This document shows positions 29,806 to 38,090 of a stretch of 64,000 nt of DNA, piece by piece. The first letter of the stretch is position 1. Every line of letters starts with the position of its first letter. A model generated the notes under the pieces. It was not told the DNA's origin and did not search any database. It saw only the letters and a list, made by a program, of their open reading frames with translations. The DNA is taken from the IMG/VR virus record IMGVR_UViG_3300021400_004415, one strand, 5' to 3'. Source of the stretch: an uncultured virus (IMG/VR IMGVR_UViG_3300021400_004415) (lineage: Duplodnaviria > Heunggongvirae > Uroviricota > Caudoviricetes). Made by a program: the position numbers and the translations under genes.

Positions 29806-30024
29806 TTATTTCCAGAAGTCGTCTTCGGTGAATTCTGTGCTTTCGTACTCGTTGAAGATGACGTCGTCCGGTACGAGTTCGTCAGCATTTATCATGTCGT
29901 GGTATGAAGGGGAGTCGTAGTCTACGTTCATCACCTGGGCGAAGGTTCCTTCGTTTGCCAGCTCGATGAGGTAACGTTCTTTGAGTTGGACCAGATGTTC
30001 CCTGGTTAAGTCATGTACGTTCAT
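29806..30024 (-). CDS. Small acidic hypothetical protein
   Basis: 72 aa ending FTEDDFWK; first gene below element C. Confidence 0.7.
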   Translation of the reverse strand: MNVHDLTREHLVQLKERYLIELANEGTFAQVMNVDYDSPSYHDMINADELVPDDVIFNEYESTEFTEDDFWK

Positions 30025-30055
30025 AGTCCGTTTTTTTAGTCGTTGTGTTTCGTTT

Positions 30056-30235
30056 GTAGCTTTGCAAGGATTTTATCCCGGCGTGGGAGTATTCCCACGC
30101 AGAAGGGGAAAAATCTGTGCAAGCGATATCAAACGAAACTTCCTTTCCGTAGGGTTTTCCAGAAAATACTACCCGTAGGGTGGAGATTTTCGGGAAAAAC
30201 GAGCGTCAGCGAGGGCCCGTGCGGAAAGGAAGTCG
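30056..30235. promoter_or_regulatory. Structured repeat element C, putative ssDNA promoter / ssi
   Basis: TAGCTTTG box in hairpin 1; AAAATACTACCC-GTA-GGGTGGAGATTTT core in hairpin 2. Confidence 0.7.
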
Positions 30236-30265
30236 TGATACAGGTGAAACTAATTAAGGAGGTAT

Positions 30266-30526
30266 TCAGGAGCATTCCTGCCAGAAGGCGCCGTAGGCGA
30301 TTGCCTTACCGATGTTCGTCAGTGATTCGTCCAGTATCTGTTCACGGGTGAGGATCTGGCGCGTGCCGTCGATGTGGTTTGTGATGGCGAGGGTTCCTTT
30401 GGTCTTCCCACGGGAGATGTGCTTGCTGCTTCTTGCGCCGAAATTCAGTTGAATGAAGTATTTCTTATTTCCTTTTTTGACCTCGTCGAAGAGCATGTCA
30501 ACCGATGTGATTTTCTTGAATTGCAT
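30266..30526 (-). CDS. Hypothetical protein
   Basis: 86 aa, co-oriented. Confidence 0.7.
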   Translation of the reverse strand: MQFKKITSVDMLFDEVKKGNKKYFIQLNFGARSSKHISRGKTKGTLAITNHIDGTRQILTREQILDESLTNIGKAIAYGAFWQECS

Positions 30527-30581
30527 AATGTGTTTATTTTTAGCGGAATCTGCCTTTATTCTGCGATTCCGCTGGTTATAC

Positions 30582-30938
30582 TTAGAATTTAAAGATAAAG
30601 ACTTCTTTCTCTTGCGCCCTTGCGATGTCTATGGAATGCTTGGTCCCCTTGGAGTAACCGTCCCAGAAGGCTGCTACTTTGTCGCATTCATTTATGATGA
30701 GGACATTCCTCTTGTATCCGGCGGAGCGTCCGAACCTGTTCCAGTCCGGAAGGAAAATCTTCGTGGGAATCTTGTTTTCCTTGGCGTAGCGCTCACCGAG
30801 CGAATCGGCGCCGGCGGCACCCCCCGACACTATTTCCGTCACGGTGTACTGCGACCTCAGGTCGTTGATGGAGTTGCGGAGGTATTCGTAGTCATTGAAG
30901 TTACGTCCTCCGACGATGGCGAGTTTGATGCTGTTCAT
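30582..30938 (-). CDS. DUF2493 / YspA-like SLOG family protein
   Basis: LAIVGGRNFNDY, IVSGGAAGADSLGERYA, GRSAGYKRN, AFWDGYSKGT. Confidence 0.88.
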   Translation of the reverse strand: MNSIKLAIVGGRNFNDYEYLRNSINDLRSQYTVTEIVSGGAAGADSLGERYAKENKIPTKIFLPDWNRFGRSAGYKRNVLIINECDKVAAFWDGYSKGTKHSIDIARAQEKEVFIFKF

Positions 30939-30957
30939 GTCTTTGTGTGTTGTGTGA

Positions 30958-31755
30958 TTATTTTGCGTAGCAGTATTTACAATCATGTTTGCAGGTATGG
31001 TAGGAACCTATGTCGGTGTTCACCGCGCACAGGCATCTGCGGAACGAGTTAGGTTTCTTTACCTGTTCCGGAAGTACCACTCCGAAGGTCTTCTCAATAA
31101 AGCCTGCTTCTACGCAAGGGGCTTCCTTGATGTTGTATTCCGTAAGGTCGTATTTTCCCTCACTGCATGTCTGTACCGTCATCCCGTGCCGTGCCGCTTC
31201 GGCGGACATGTACTTTGCCAGTTCGAGGATTTCCTTGGTGGTGGGCGCCCTCATGACGCCTTGTTTTACCAGGTATTCAATCTTGCCGTACTCGTCCAGG
31301 AAGGAAATTGTGCAGCGCTTGGTGTATCCTTCCAGTTCGGAGCACAGCTTGCTGAAGGCGGCCTTGTGGTATTCGACGGAATACTTTCCTGAGATGAATA
31401 TCGGGTCATAGCGCCACATCGTTCTTTCAGGGCCTATCAAGCTGCTTACGTATTTGAAGTTCTGCAGGACGATATGTTTTGCCGGGACATTGGGTTCTAT
31501 CTCGTTTTCGTATCCCGTGATGGTCCATTGGATATACCAGGGGCTCTGGATGGAACGCATGTTTTTCAGGAAGTGTTCTGACGTGTTCTTGGTCCAGAAT
31601 ACCATACAGTACACGTCTTCCGGTTTCAGACTGATGCGTGTTTTGCCAAACCGCGTGATGGTCTCTACGTAACCTTTCTTAAGGTTCTGGAAGAACTCTT
31701 CGCTGCCGAAGGCAGGAATGTCGTTCTTGTAGGAGGCGCTGATGATTCTTTTCAT
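30958..31755 (-). CDS. DUF1848 family protein (radical-SAM-like, C-terminal Cys cluster)
   Basis: IISASYKNDIPAF, VFWTKN, WRYDPI, CLC..DIGSY.TC.HDCKYCYA. Confidence 0.9.
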   Translation of the reverse strand: MKRIISASYKNDIPAFGSEEFFQNLKKGYVETITRFGKTRISLKPEDVYCMVFWTKNTSEHFLKNMRSIQSPWYIQWTITGYENEIEPNVPAKHIVLQNFKYVSSLIGPERTMWRYDPIFISGKYSVEYHKAAFSKLCSELEGYTKRCTISFLDEYGKIEYLVKQGVMRAPTTKEILELAKYMSAEAARHGMTVQTCSEGKYDLTEYNIKEAPCVEAGFIEKTFGVVLPEQVKKPNSFRRCLCAVNTDIGSYHTCKHDCKYCYAK

Positions 31756-31778
31756 TTCTTGTGTGTTTTTGGTTCTGT

Positions 31779-31995
31779 TTAACTTTGCGGAAGGGTCCCA
31801 AGGAAGGAATGCGCCTTGGCGCGTTCCGACGCCGGGACTCGACGCAACAGTAAACAGAAAGGGAGCGCCAACGGCAAGGCTTTGCAGCGCTTCTTATCGC
31901 AAGGCCCTTCGGGGCCGCCGCCCCGGTGGAAGCGGGGTGCAACGCACGAAAGAAGTGACGGCAAAAGCCCTACGGGCGTGCCTTGACGAAGGAAA
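31779..31995. promoter_or_regulatory. Structured repeat element D, putative ssDNA promoter / ssi
   Basis: TAACTTTG box; shares the CGCAAGGCCC..GGGGCCGC hairpin with elements A and F; CAAGGC..GCCTTG closing stem. Confidence 0.6.
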
Positions 31996-32394
31996 AGAAA
32001 TGATGGAACATGAAAAGTTATCATGTGTATTCTTGTCTTGAAGGACACCTTTTCTGCTTTTCTTTGTGGAACCAACCAGCGGACGCAGTAGAGAACGGCC
32101 GTCGAAGACAACGGGCGTCACGAGGACTGCTGGTTGGTGCGTTGGGATGGTGGGAAGGTGAAAAGAGAAAAAGTGCTTTTTGGATGAGGCCCTGTCCGTG
32201 CTCTCAGGGCACGCTTGAAAAGCGTTGCACGAGAAAGGACGGGCCGTGCGGTGGGGAAAAGAAGGGTTGGCGAAAAAGCCTACAGGAGGGTCCCCCGTGG
32301 AGCATGGACCGGCGGAAGTTCTTCCGCCGTTCTATGCTCAGGGGGTGGAATGGAGGCTTTGTTGGCGAGGGAGGAATCGTTATAGGGCATAAGA

Positions 32395-32432
32395 AAAGCG
32401 GAGGCCGGGGTTTTCGCCCTGGTCTCCGCTTT
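32395..32432. terminator. Terminator-like hairpin below the OMP gene
   Basis: AAAGCGGAG..CTCCGCTTT. Confidence 0.65.
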
Positions 32433-32450
32433 ATTATATTGTTATGTTTG

Positions 32451-33113
32451 TTATAAGTAGTATCGCAATGTCAGGTTTGTCGGTTGGATTGTAAAATTTC
32501 CAAGCCAGCGTGTCTGGGTATTCTTGACGCCCGTGTCGTTGTATTCGTTCTGGATGCTCATTATATTGTTGTTGAATGTGAACACATCGAGGGCGACAGT
32601 TAGTGAATTGGTGACAGCGAGTTCAAAGCCGATTAATGACAGGTTCGCGTTGAAATTCCATAGCCCAACGGTTTTGGATGTTGTATTGTTTACTTTGTTG
32701 GTAGTGTATATCCGTCCGGCTTCGAGAGTAAGGTTTGGAGTGTAGTGAATTTTGTCTGTAAGCTTCAATAGGTATGTCAACTGTGGCCCGAGGGAGATGG
32801 TGTTGCCCGTCATTCCGCTTACTCCGAGGAAGTTGGACTGATGCTCGTATCCGGCGAGGAGTTCCAACCTGAGGTTGTTTTCAAACAGGTAACCTGCCCG
32901 GAGATCCAGCCCGATAGTGAAGGGCATCACTCCCTTGCTTGTCTCGGTGGCTGTTACGCCGCCGCTGTTCGCGGTGGTGTACATGTTACTGAAGCCTCCG
33001 TCAAGGGAGATATCCCCGCCGATGAGGAATCCGTTCTTCTGGGCGGATGCAAGTGCAGGGAAGAGAAGGGTTGCAATCAGGATGACTGCGAGGGTTTTGA
33101 TGTGATTTTTCAT
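32451..33113 (-). CDS. Outer-membrane beta-barrel protein
   Basis: Signal peptide ASA-Q, alternating beta strands, C-terminal LTLRYYL. Confidence 0.8.
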   Translation of the reverse strand: MKNHIKTLAVILIATLLFPALASAQKNGFLIGGDISLDGGFSNMYTTANSGGVTATETSKGVMPFTIGLDLRAGYLFENNLRLELLAGYEHQSNFLGVSGMTGNTISLGPQLTYLLKLTDKIHYTPNLTLEAGRIYTTNKVNNTTSKTVGLWNFNANLSLIGFELAVTNSLTVALDVFTFNNNIMSIQNEYNDTGVKNTQTRWLGNFTIQPTNLTLRYYL

Positions 33114-33143
33114 GATTTTGATGGTTTTAGAGGGTTATTGTAT

Positions 33144-33944
33144 TTATTGTGTTTGAGTTACGAGTATTACTTTCCCGTCCGCGTCAATGAAGGTGGGTTC
33201 TTCGATTTCATCTCCGGAATAGGAGAGTATTCTGTAAGGGGTCAGGATATAGCCGTTGGCGTTCATCCATTTCTTAACGTCCTCCTTTGAGGTGAAGACC
33301 TCGAAGGAAGCCAGTTCGTCAGGGACGTCGCCCGTCGATTCGAGTTCCGGCTGGAAATACAGCTGGCTGTATTTGACGAATTCCAGCTTGTCTTTTATAC
33401 CGACCAGTATATCGACGAGGTCGTTGGTCGGTATGTTGTATGCGGAACATGAACCGTATTCAATTTCGATAAGCAGTTCCTCTTTTTCAATTGATAGTTT
33501 TTCCAGATGGGACACATCGTCTCTGAACCAGCCGTCAACGTATATTCCCAGGGCGCCGACCAGGAGAGTAGGATTTCCGTCTCCATTGTCCTTGCCGTAG
33601 GTTTTTACGATTCCTTCCAGTTCGGTTATTATTTCCCGTGCATCTTCGACGAGGTATCCGGGTATTTCTTTCTCTGTTATCTCCCAGGTCACCTGGTTCC
33701 ATGAGCAGCCGCTGCCAGGCTTACCTTGCTGGTATAGAGCCCCGTTTTCGGAAATCTCCGTGCTGAAATCCTCGTAGCCTTGTGCCTTCGCTTCTTCTGC
33801 TTCCGTTTCCAGTTCAACTTCCATCTTGGCATGGGCTTTAGCCTGTGAAAGGAAAACCTGTGTATTAACGGAAGGTGTATCCAGTGAATCAAGGTCGCCG
33901 TATTCTGCGAAGAGGGCGACCGAAGTTAGTATGTATATTTTCAT
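33144..33944 (-). CDS. Acidic hypothetical protein
   Basis: 266 aa, D/E-rich. Confidence 0.75.
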   Translation of the reverse strand: MKIYILTSVALFAEYGDLDSLDTPSVNTQVFLSQAKAHAKMEVELETEAEEAKAQGYEDFSTEISENGALYQQGKPGSGCSWNQVTWEITEKEIPGYLVEDAREIITELEGIVKTYGKDNGDGNPTLLVGALGIYVDGWFRDDVSHLEKLSIEKEELLIEIEYGSCSAYNIPTNDLVDILVGIKDKLEFVKYSQLYFQPELESTGDVPDELASFEVFTSKEDVKKWMNANGYILTPYRILSYSGDEIEEPTFIDADGKVILVTQTQ

Positions 33945-33947
33945 AAG

Positions 33948-34277
33948 CTATTTCTTTTTCCAGCCTCCTTGTCGGGCTGCGTATTTGTGTTGCTGTTTCT
34001 GGAATTGTCGTTCTTTTCGTTGGATTTCCTTGAAAGAAGGTAAAAATGTATCTTCGATTTCCGGAAGCGGTGTGAGTTCCTTCGGTGGTGCCAGAGCCTC
34101 AGACATGGTTATCGGTTTGGCGTTTTTCAAGAGTTCAGGATCCGGAGGGATTTCCTTTACGTCATATTCATTTTTGAGTATCTGGATGATTTTCTCGTTT
34201 TCCGGACTCGTGATGATTGTTATGGTTGGACCTCCGTTTTTGGAGGTTAATTTCCAGTATTTATGGTTATCTTCCAT
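33948..34277 (-). CDS. Hypothetical protein
   Basis: 109 aa, co-oriented. Confidence 0.65.
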   Translation of the reverse strand: MEDNHKYWKLTSKNGGPTITIITSPENEKIIQILKNEYDVKEIPPDPELLKNAKPITMSEALAPPKELTPLPEIEDTFLPSFKEIQRKERQFQKQQHKYAARQGGWKKK

Positions 34278-34289
34278 GGCGTAATGTTT

Positions 34290-34481
34290 TTACACGGCTT
34301 CACCGCAGTTGACGACGTCGGTGATTTCAAGCCCCCCGTTGTCGCCTTCGAATTCAGCGGTGGACTGAGCTTCGGCGATGACACGGTTGACAGCGGTCTC
34401 GACGGCTTTCTCCACGTCGATTCTGGAGGGGTCGTACTGTCCGTCTATGCGGACAGTGATGTAAGTGGTGAATGGCTTCAT
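34290..34481 (-). CDS. Small hypothetical protein
   Basis: Start placed at MKPFTTY. Confidence 0.6.
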   Translation of the reverse strand: MKPFTTYITVRIDGQYDPSRIDVEKAVETAVNRVIAEAQSTAEFEGDNGGLEITDVVNCGEAV

Positions 34482-34494
34482 AAGAGTCTGTTTA

Positions 34495-34857
34495 TTAATT
34501 GTTTTGGTATTCCAGCATAATGTCTTTGCTGTACATTCCAAGGTGTCTTACTTTTTGTGCGATGACCTCCCAGGATATGACATCGTCTCCGAATGCGTTT
34601 GTGTATTTAACCGGGCGGACCCTTCCGGTTATTTCGACGACGGAGGTTTTCTGTATCTCTTTCAGGTCTTCGCATCCAGACAGATGTTCCCAGCCGGTTA
34701 TTCGGAACCAAGTTGTTTCACAGGTTTGAGTTCCGTCATTCTGTTTATGTATTGTTTGTGTGACTACGGAAAAATCCACGGCAGTCTTGTCATGGATGAC
34801 AGTGCGCTGTACCCTTCCGACGATACCGCGGATAATGATTTTGTTAAGGAATTCCAT
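34495..34857 (-). CDS. ssb: Single-stranded DNA-binding protein (no acidic tail)
   Basis: LNKIIIRGIVG..FSVVT..ETTWFRITGW..VEITGRVR. Confidence 0.85.
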   Translation of the reverse strand: MEFLNKIIIRGIVGRVQRTVIHDKTAVDFSVVTQTIHKQNDGTQTCETTWFRITGWEHLSGCEDLKEIQKTSVVEITGRVRPVKYTNAFGDDVISWEVIAQKVRHLGMYSKDIMLEYQNN

Positions 34858-34862
34858 AATTA

Positions 34863-35543
34863 CTAAGCGAAAATGTTTATTTTTATTCTGTTTTCAGGGT
34901 TTGCCCTGTTGTATCTCTTCACGAGTTGTATGATAGTGTTGAACTCCAGCCGTTCGGCCTCCTTTTCCATTTTGGGTGTAACGGGGACTTTGATGATATT
35001 GGCGATGTTTTCCAGGAACTGCTTTTCTTGTCCTTTGTTGTAGTAGTACGAGTTTTCGTAAATAATCTCGTAGATGTCTCCGACCAGGTCTCCGCGTCTG
35101 CATATATGGAAGGTTTCATATACGTCGGTCGCCCTGTAGTCGAAGGTGAACCTTCCGGGGTTCTTGTCCTCCATTTTCCTGAAGTAATCCACGAGCCATA
35201 TCGGGGTATCCCATTCCGAGATGGTGGCGAAGCGCATGACGTGCTTTTCCTTTTGGATCTCGGTTACGAAATAGATTCCGCTCAGGTCGTCTCCCGGCAT
35301 TATCCTGTAAGGGCACAAACCGAATAACGGGGTAATAAAGCCGTTTGTCTCAAAGAACTTTTCGTTTTTGGGCTTTGGTATCCCCAGGATTTCCGCAAGG
35401 TTTTTCAGCCACCCTTTGCCGAACCAGATACCCTGCTTCACTTTCGGATACTTATGCAGTTCGTTCAGTTTGTCACAGAGGTCCTGCAGGAGCTTTTTAT
35501 CGTCCGACTGGAGCACCCAGTCGGTAGCGCAGTTGTTAGACAT
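34863..35543 (-). CDS. Hypothetical protein
   Basis: 226 aa, co-oriented. Confidence 0.75.
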   Translation of the reverse strand: MSNNCATDWVLQSDDKKLLQDLCDKLNELHKYPKVKQGIWFGKGWLKNLAEILGIPKPKNEKFFETNGFITPLFGLCPYRIMPGDDLSGIYFVTEIQKEKHVMRFATISEWDTPIWLVDYFRKMEDKNPGRFTFDYRATDVYETFHICRRGDLVGDIYEIIYENSYYYNKGQEKQFLENIANIIKVPVTPKMEKEAERLEFNTIIQLVKRYNRANPENRIKINIFA

Positions 35544-36312
35544 TATCGGGGTTGATTTTCAGTTTGTTTTTCTCTTTCTCGGATTGTAGTATGTTCATCA
35601 CGAGGTTGCTCGGCATGTTCCCTTTCTGAGCGTCCTTGAGGAACTGCGATTTGGAGAAGTACTGTGTCATCTCCTTTATAGCCCCCTGCATGGTGTACAT
35701 TTCGTTTTCCCCGATGAAGGTCTTGTTCTCGTGTATTTCGACTACAAGCCCGTTGGTTGTCACTTGTTGCACACGCCTGAAGACGATGCCTTCGGGACAG
35801 GGGCACGCATACTCGTCCTTATCCTCTATTGCTGGATTTACAAGCTTCGCAGGGATATTGGCCGTAGGCTTCATTTCCATGTTCTTTATCAGGAACGTGG
35901 AAATAAGCTCCTCGCTGGAGAGTGTTTTGTATCCGCCCCTTTCGCGGTAACGGGACAGGAAATGTCCGGTAAAGATGTCGAGGACCCAGTCACTGTCTTT
36001 CTTGTCGGAATTGGATTTGATTTTGAAATTCCTGGCAATCTGGTAGATTTTTTTCTTGCCTTTTTCACCGTTCACGACGAGGATGACAAGCCGGAGCATA
36101 TTCCCCTTTTTATCCATTTTGCTGTATACCGTGTAGGTGTTTTTGGAGGTGGGGATGGTGAACTGCTCGACGTAGGGTTTGAAAAAACCGTTTTCCTTCA
36201 AGATTCTCTTGAACATCTGCTTGTCTGTTTTTTGAAGATGATAGAGGGTTTTGTCATATTCCTGCATCATCACCTTTGCTACCTGTTCGTATGGTGTGTC
36301 GTAGAGAATCAT
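35536..36312 (-). CDS. Hypothetical protein
   Basis: 258 aa; FTGHFLSRYRER motif. Confidence 0.75.
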   Translation of the reverse strand: MILYDTPYEQVAKVMMQEYDKTLYHLQKTDKQMFKRILKENGFFKPYVEQFTIPTSKNTYTVYSKMDKKGNMLRLVILVVNGEKGKKKIYQIARNFKIKSNSDKKDSDWVLDIFTGHFLSRYRERGGYKTLSSEELISTFLIKNMEMKPTANIPAKLVNPAIEDKDEYACPCPEGIVFRRVQQVTTNGLVVEIHENKTFIGENEMYTMQGAIKEMTQYFSKSQFLKDAQKGNMPSNLVMNILQSEKEKNKLKINPDNV

Positions 36313-36836
36313 AGTACCTTGCCGTTTTTGATTGTGTGAGGGAAACGCCTTTCGAGGTTGTCTATAACAACGCTAATGTCAGTAACTTCCTCTGTTATAT
36401 AATGAAGTCTGTTTATCTCGGCTATGGAGCCGGGAATAACGCTTGAAGGGTTGACTTTCCCGGAGTCTATATAGAGTCTTTCGTCCTCGAATGTGAAAAT
36501 GAGCGACATTTCATTTTCCGTACCATATTCGTGTGTGACGGGAACTTCACAGCGCAGACCGAAGCACCTGAGGTCGGTGGTGTCAAAGCGAGCGCCAGTT
36601 ATTTTGTTCAGTTCCTTGAGGAAGGGAACGAGGACGGTTTGACGCCAGTCGGGGAATCTGTATGAGTTTTCCTCTTTGTGGCATTTGTCGGCCCGCTGCA
36701 TCATACGTGCGGCTACGCCTACATAGTGTTCCGCTCTTTTCCGGAAGTGTTTCTCGCGTGCATTGCAAGCCATTCGGCTTTTCTGACATTCATCCGTCTT
36801 TGCCTTGTGGGCGGACAGCAGTTCATTTATATTCAT
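36309..36836 (-). CDS. Hypothetical protein
   Basis: Start placed at MNINELL; ATGA overlap coupling. Confidence 0.7.
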   Translation of the reverse strand: MNINELLSAHKAKTDECQKSRMACNAREKHFRKRAEHYVGVAARMMQRADKCHKEENSYRFPDWRQTVLVPFLKELNKITGARFDTTDLRCFGLRCEVPVTHEYGTENEMSLIFTFEDERLYIDSGKVNPSSVIPGSIAEINRLHYITEEVTDISVVIDNLERRFPHTIKNGKVL

Positions 36837-37021
36837 AGTACTTTGTCTCCTTTGTCGTCGGTTACGCAAATTGTTTTCGAGTTGACATACTCGATGCCGT
36901 TACGCTCAGTTTCTTCCGTATGCAGGAACCGGAGAGCCGCGTAGGGGGCATCGTCCTCTTTTGCACCGTCTTTGATTTCGACGGTGATTTCACTCATTAT
37001 GTAGAAAGTCTTCTTTTTCAT
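36833..37021 (-). CDS. Small hypothetical protein
   Basis: Start placed at MKKKTFY. Confidence 0.6.
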   Translation of the reverse strand: MKKKTFYIMSEITVEIKDGAKEDDAPYAALRFLHTEETERNGIEYVNSKTICVTDDKGDKVL

Positions 37022-37053
37022 TATGGAGAGATTAAGGTGAAAGAGAGAGGGGT

Positions 37054-37284
37054 TTAGCCCCTCTCTATGATTTCGTACTTGTCTTCGGGGAGTACAGACA
37101 TCCCGTACCAGGTGCCCCACAGGTTTCCGGCGCTGTCTATATGCGTCACTACTCCCGTGCAGCCTATCATAGCCTTCGCCTGATGGTCTATGCCGTCAGG
37201 GAAAAGATTGGAGTGGTACTGTACCTCCGTTATCCTGATTGTATCACCAATTTCGGCTTGAGTTTTTTTGAATTTTGTTGGCAT
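37054..37284 (-). CDS. DUF4314-like small protein
   Basis: GDTIRI..GCTGVVTHIDSAGNLWGTW..LPEDKYEII. Confidence 0.7.
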   Translation of the reverse strand: MPTKFKKTQAEIGDTIRITEVQYHSNLFPDGIDHQAKAMIGCTGVVTHIDSAGNLWGTWYGMSVLPEDKYEIIERG

Positions 37285-37391
37285 CTTGTGTTATAATTAG
37301 AATGGAAGCGAGTTCACCGTTGTCGTAAGCGCTTTCAATAGCTTCAAGGAAGAGTCTTTTTTCATTTTCTTCGAGCCATTTTCGCGCATTT

Positions 37392-37640
37392 TCAATCTTG
37401 GAAACATTCTTCTGCAAGAAACAGGGTGAAGTCTTCTCCTTTGCTTGTCTTGCCTTTTACGTCGTATTCGTAGAATCCCTTAGCCTCGTTGAACCTGTCT
37501 CGTCGGTTGGTGACCGTCCAACCTTTTTTAATCATTTCCGCAAGTTCGGAATCAAGTTCTTTCTTTGCGTTGTCCCATTTTTTGTAATAGCGTTCGAAGT
37601 GTCGTCCGCCCACTTCTTTGATGTAAACTGTGAAATCCAT
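37392..37640 (-). CDS. Hypothetical protein
   Basis: 82 aa, below element E. Confidence 0.7.
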   Translation of the reverse strand: MDFTVYIKEVGGRHFERYYKKWDNAKKELDSELAEMIKKGWTVTNRRDRFNEAKGFYEYDVKGKTSKGEDFTLFLAEECFQD

Positions 37641-37806
37641 TTTTATATTTTTTTTGGTTGTTACTTAGAAAGGGTACAGCCTCACCGTCTTTGACCGTAC
37701 CCTGAGATGTTGTGCTGAAATGCACTGAAAGAAACAATATGAGATGACGGATTTTCTTGCTTGTTGGATTTAGCGTTTTTGTCTTGGATTCTTCATTCGT
37801 TTTATC

Positions 37807-37992
37807 CCTTAACTTTGCTTGGATTTTCACCTGCTATGGGACCTCTGGGCCCGTAGTCTGGGGAAAATCTGAGCGAAGTGGTAAAGGGATAAAATCCTTT
37901 CCCGTATGGGTGAGGGCTAAAATACTACCCTTTCAGGGTGGAGATTTTAGCCCGAATAAGCGGAGCGAGCGAAGCCCATTCGTGGAAAGGAC
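37807..37992. promoter_or_regulatory. Structured repeat element E, putative ssDNA promoter / ssi
   Basis: First ~85 nt near-identical to element A; AAAATACTACCC..GGGTGGAGATTTT core. Confidence 0.7.
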
Positions 37993-38090
37993 CACTACCT
38001 GTTAAGATTATTACACTATAGCGGGCGATTTATGTTGTTTTTTAAATGTATTTCGCCCGGATTAGTGTAATTTTTAGTGGTTTAGAAATG

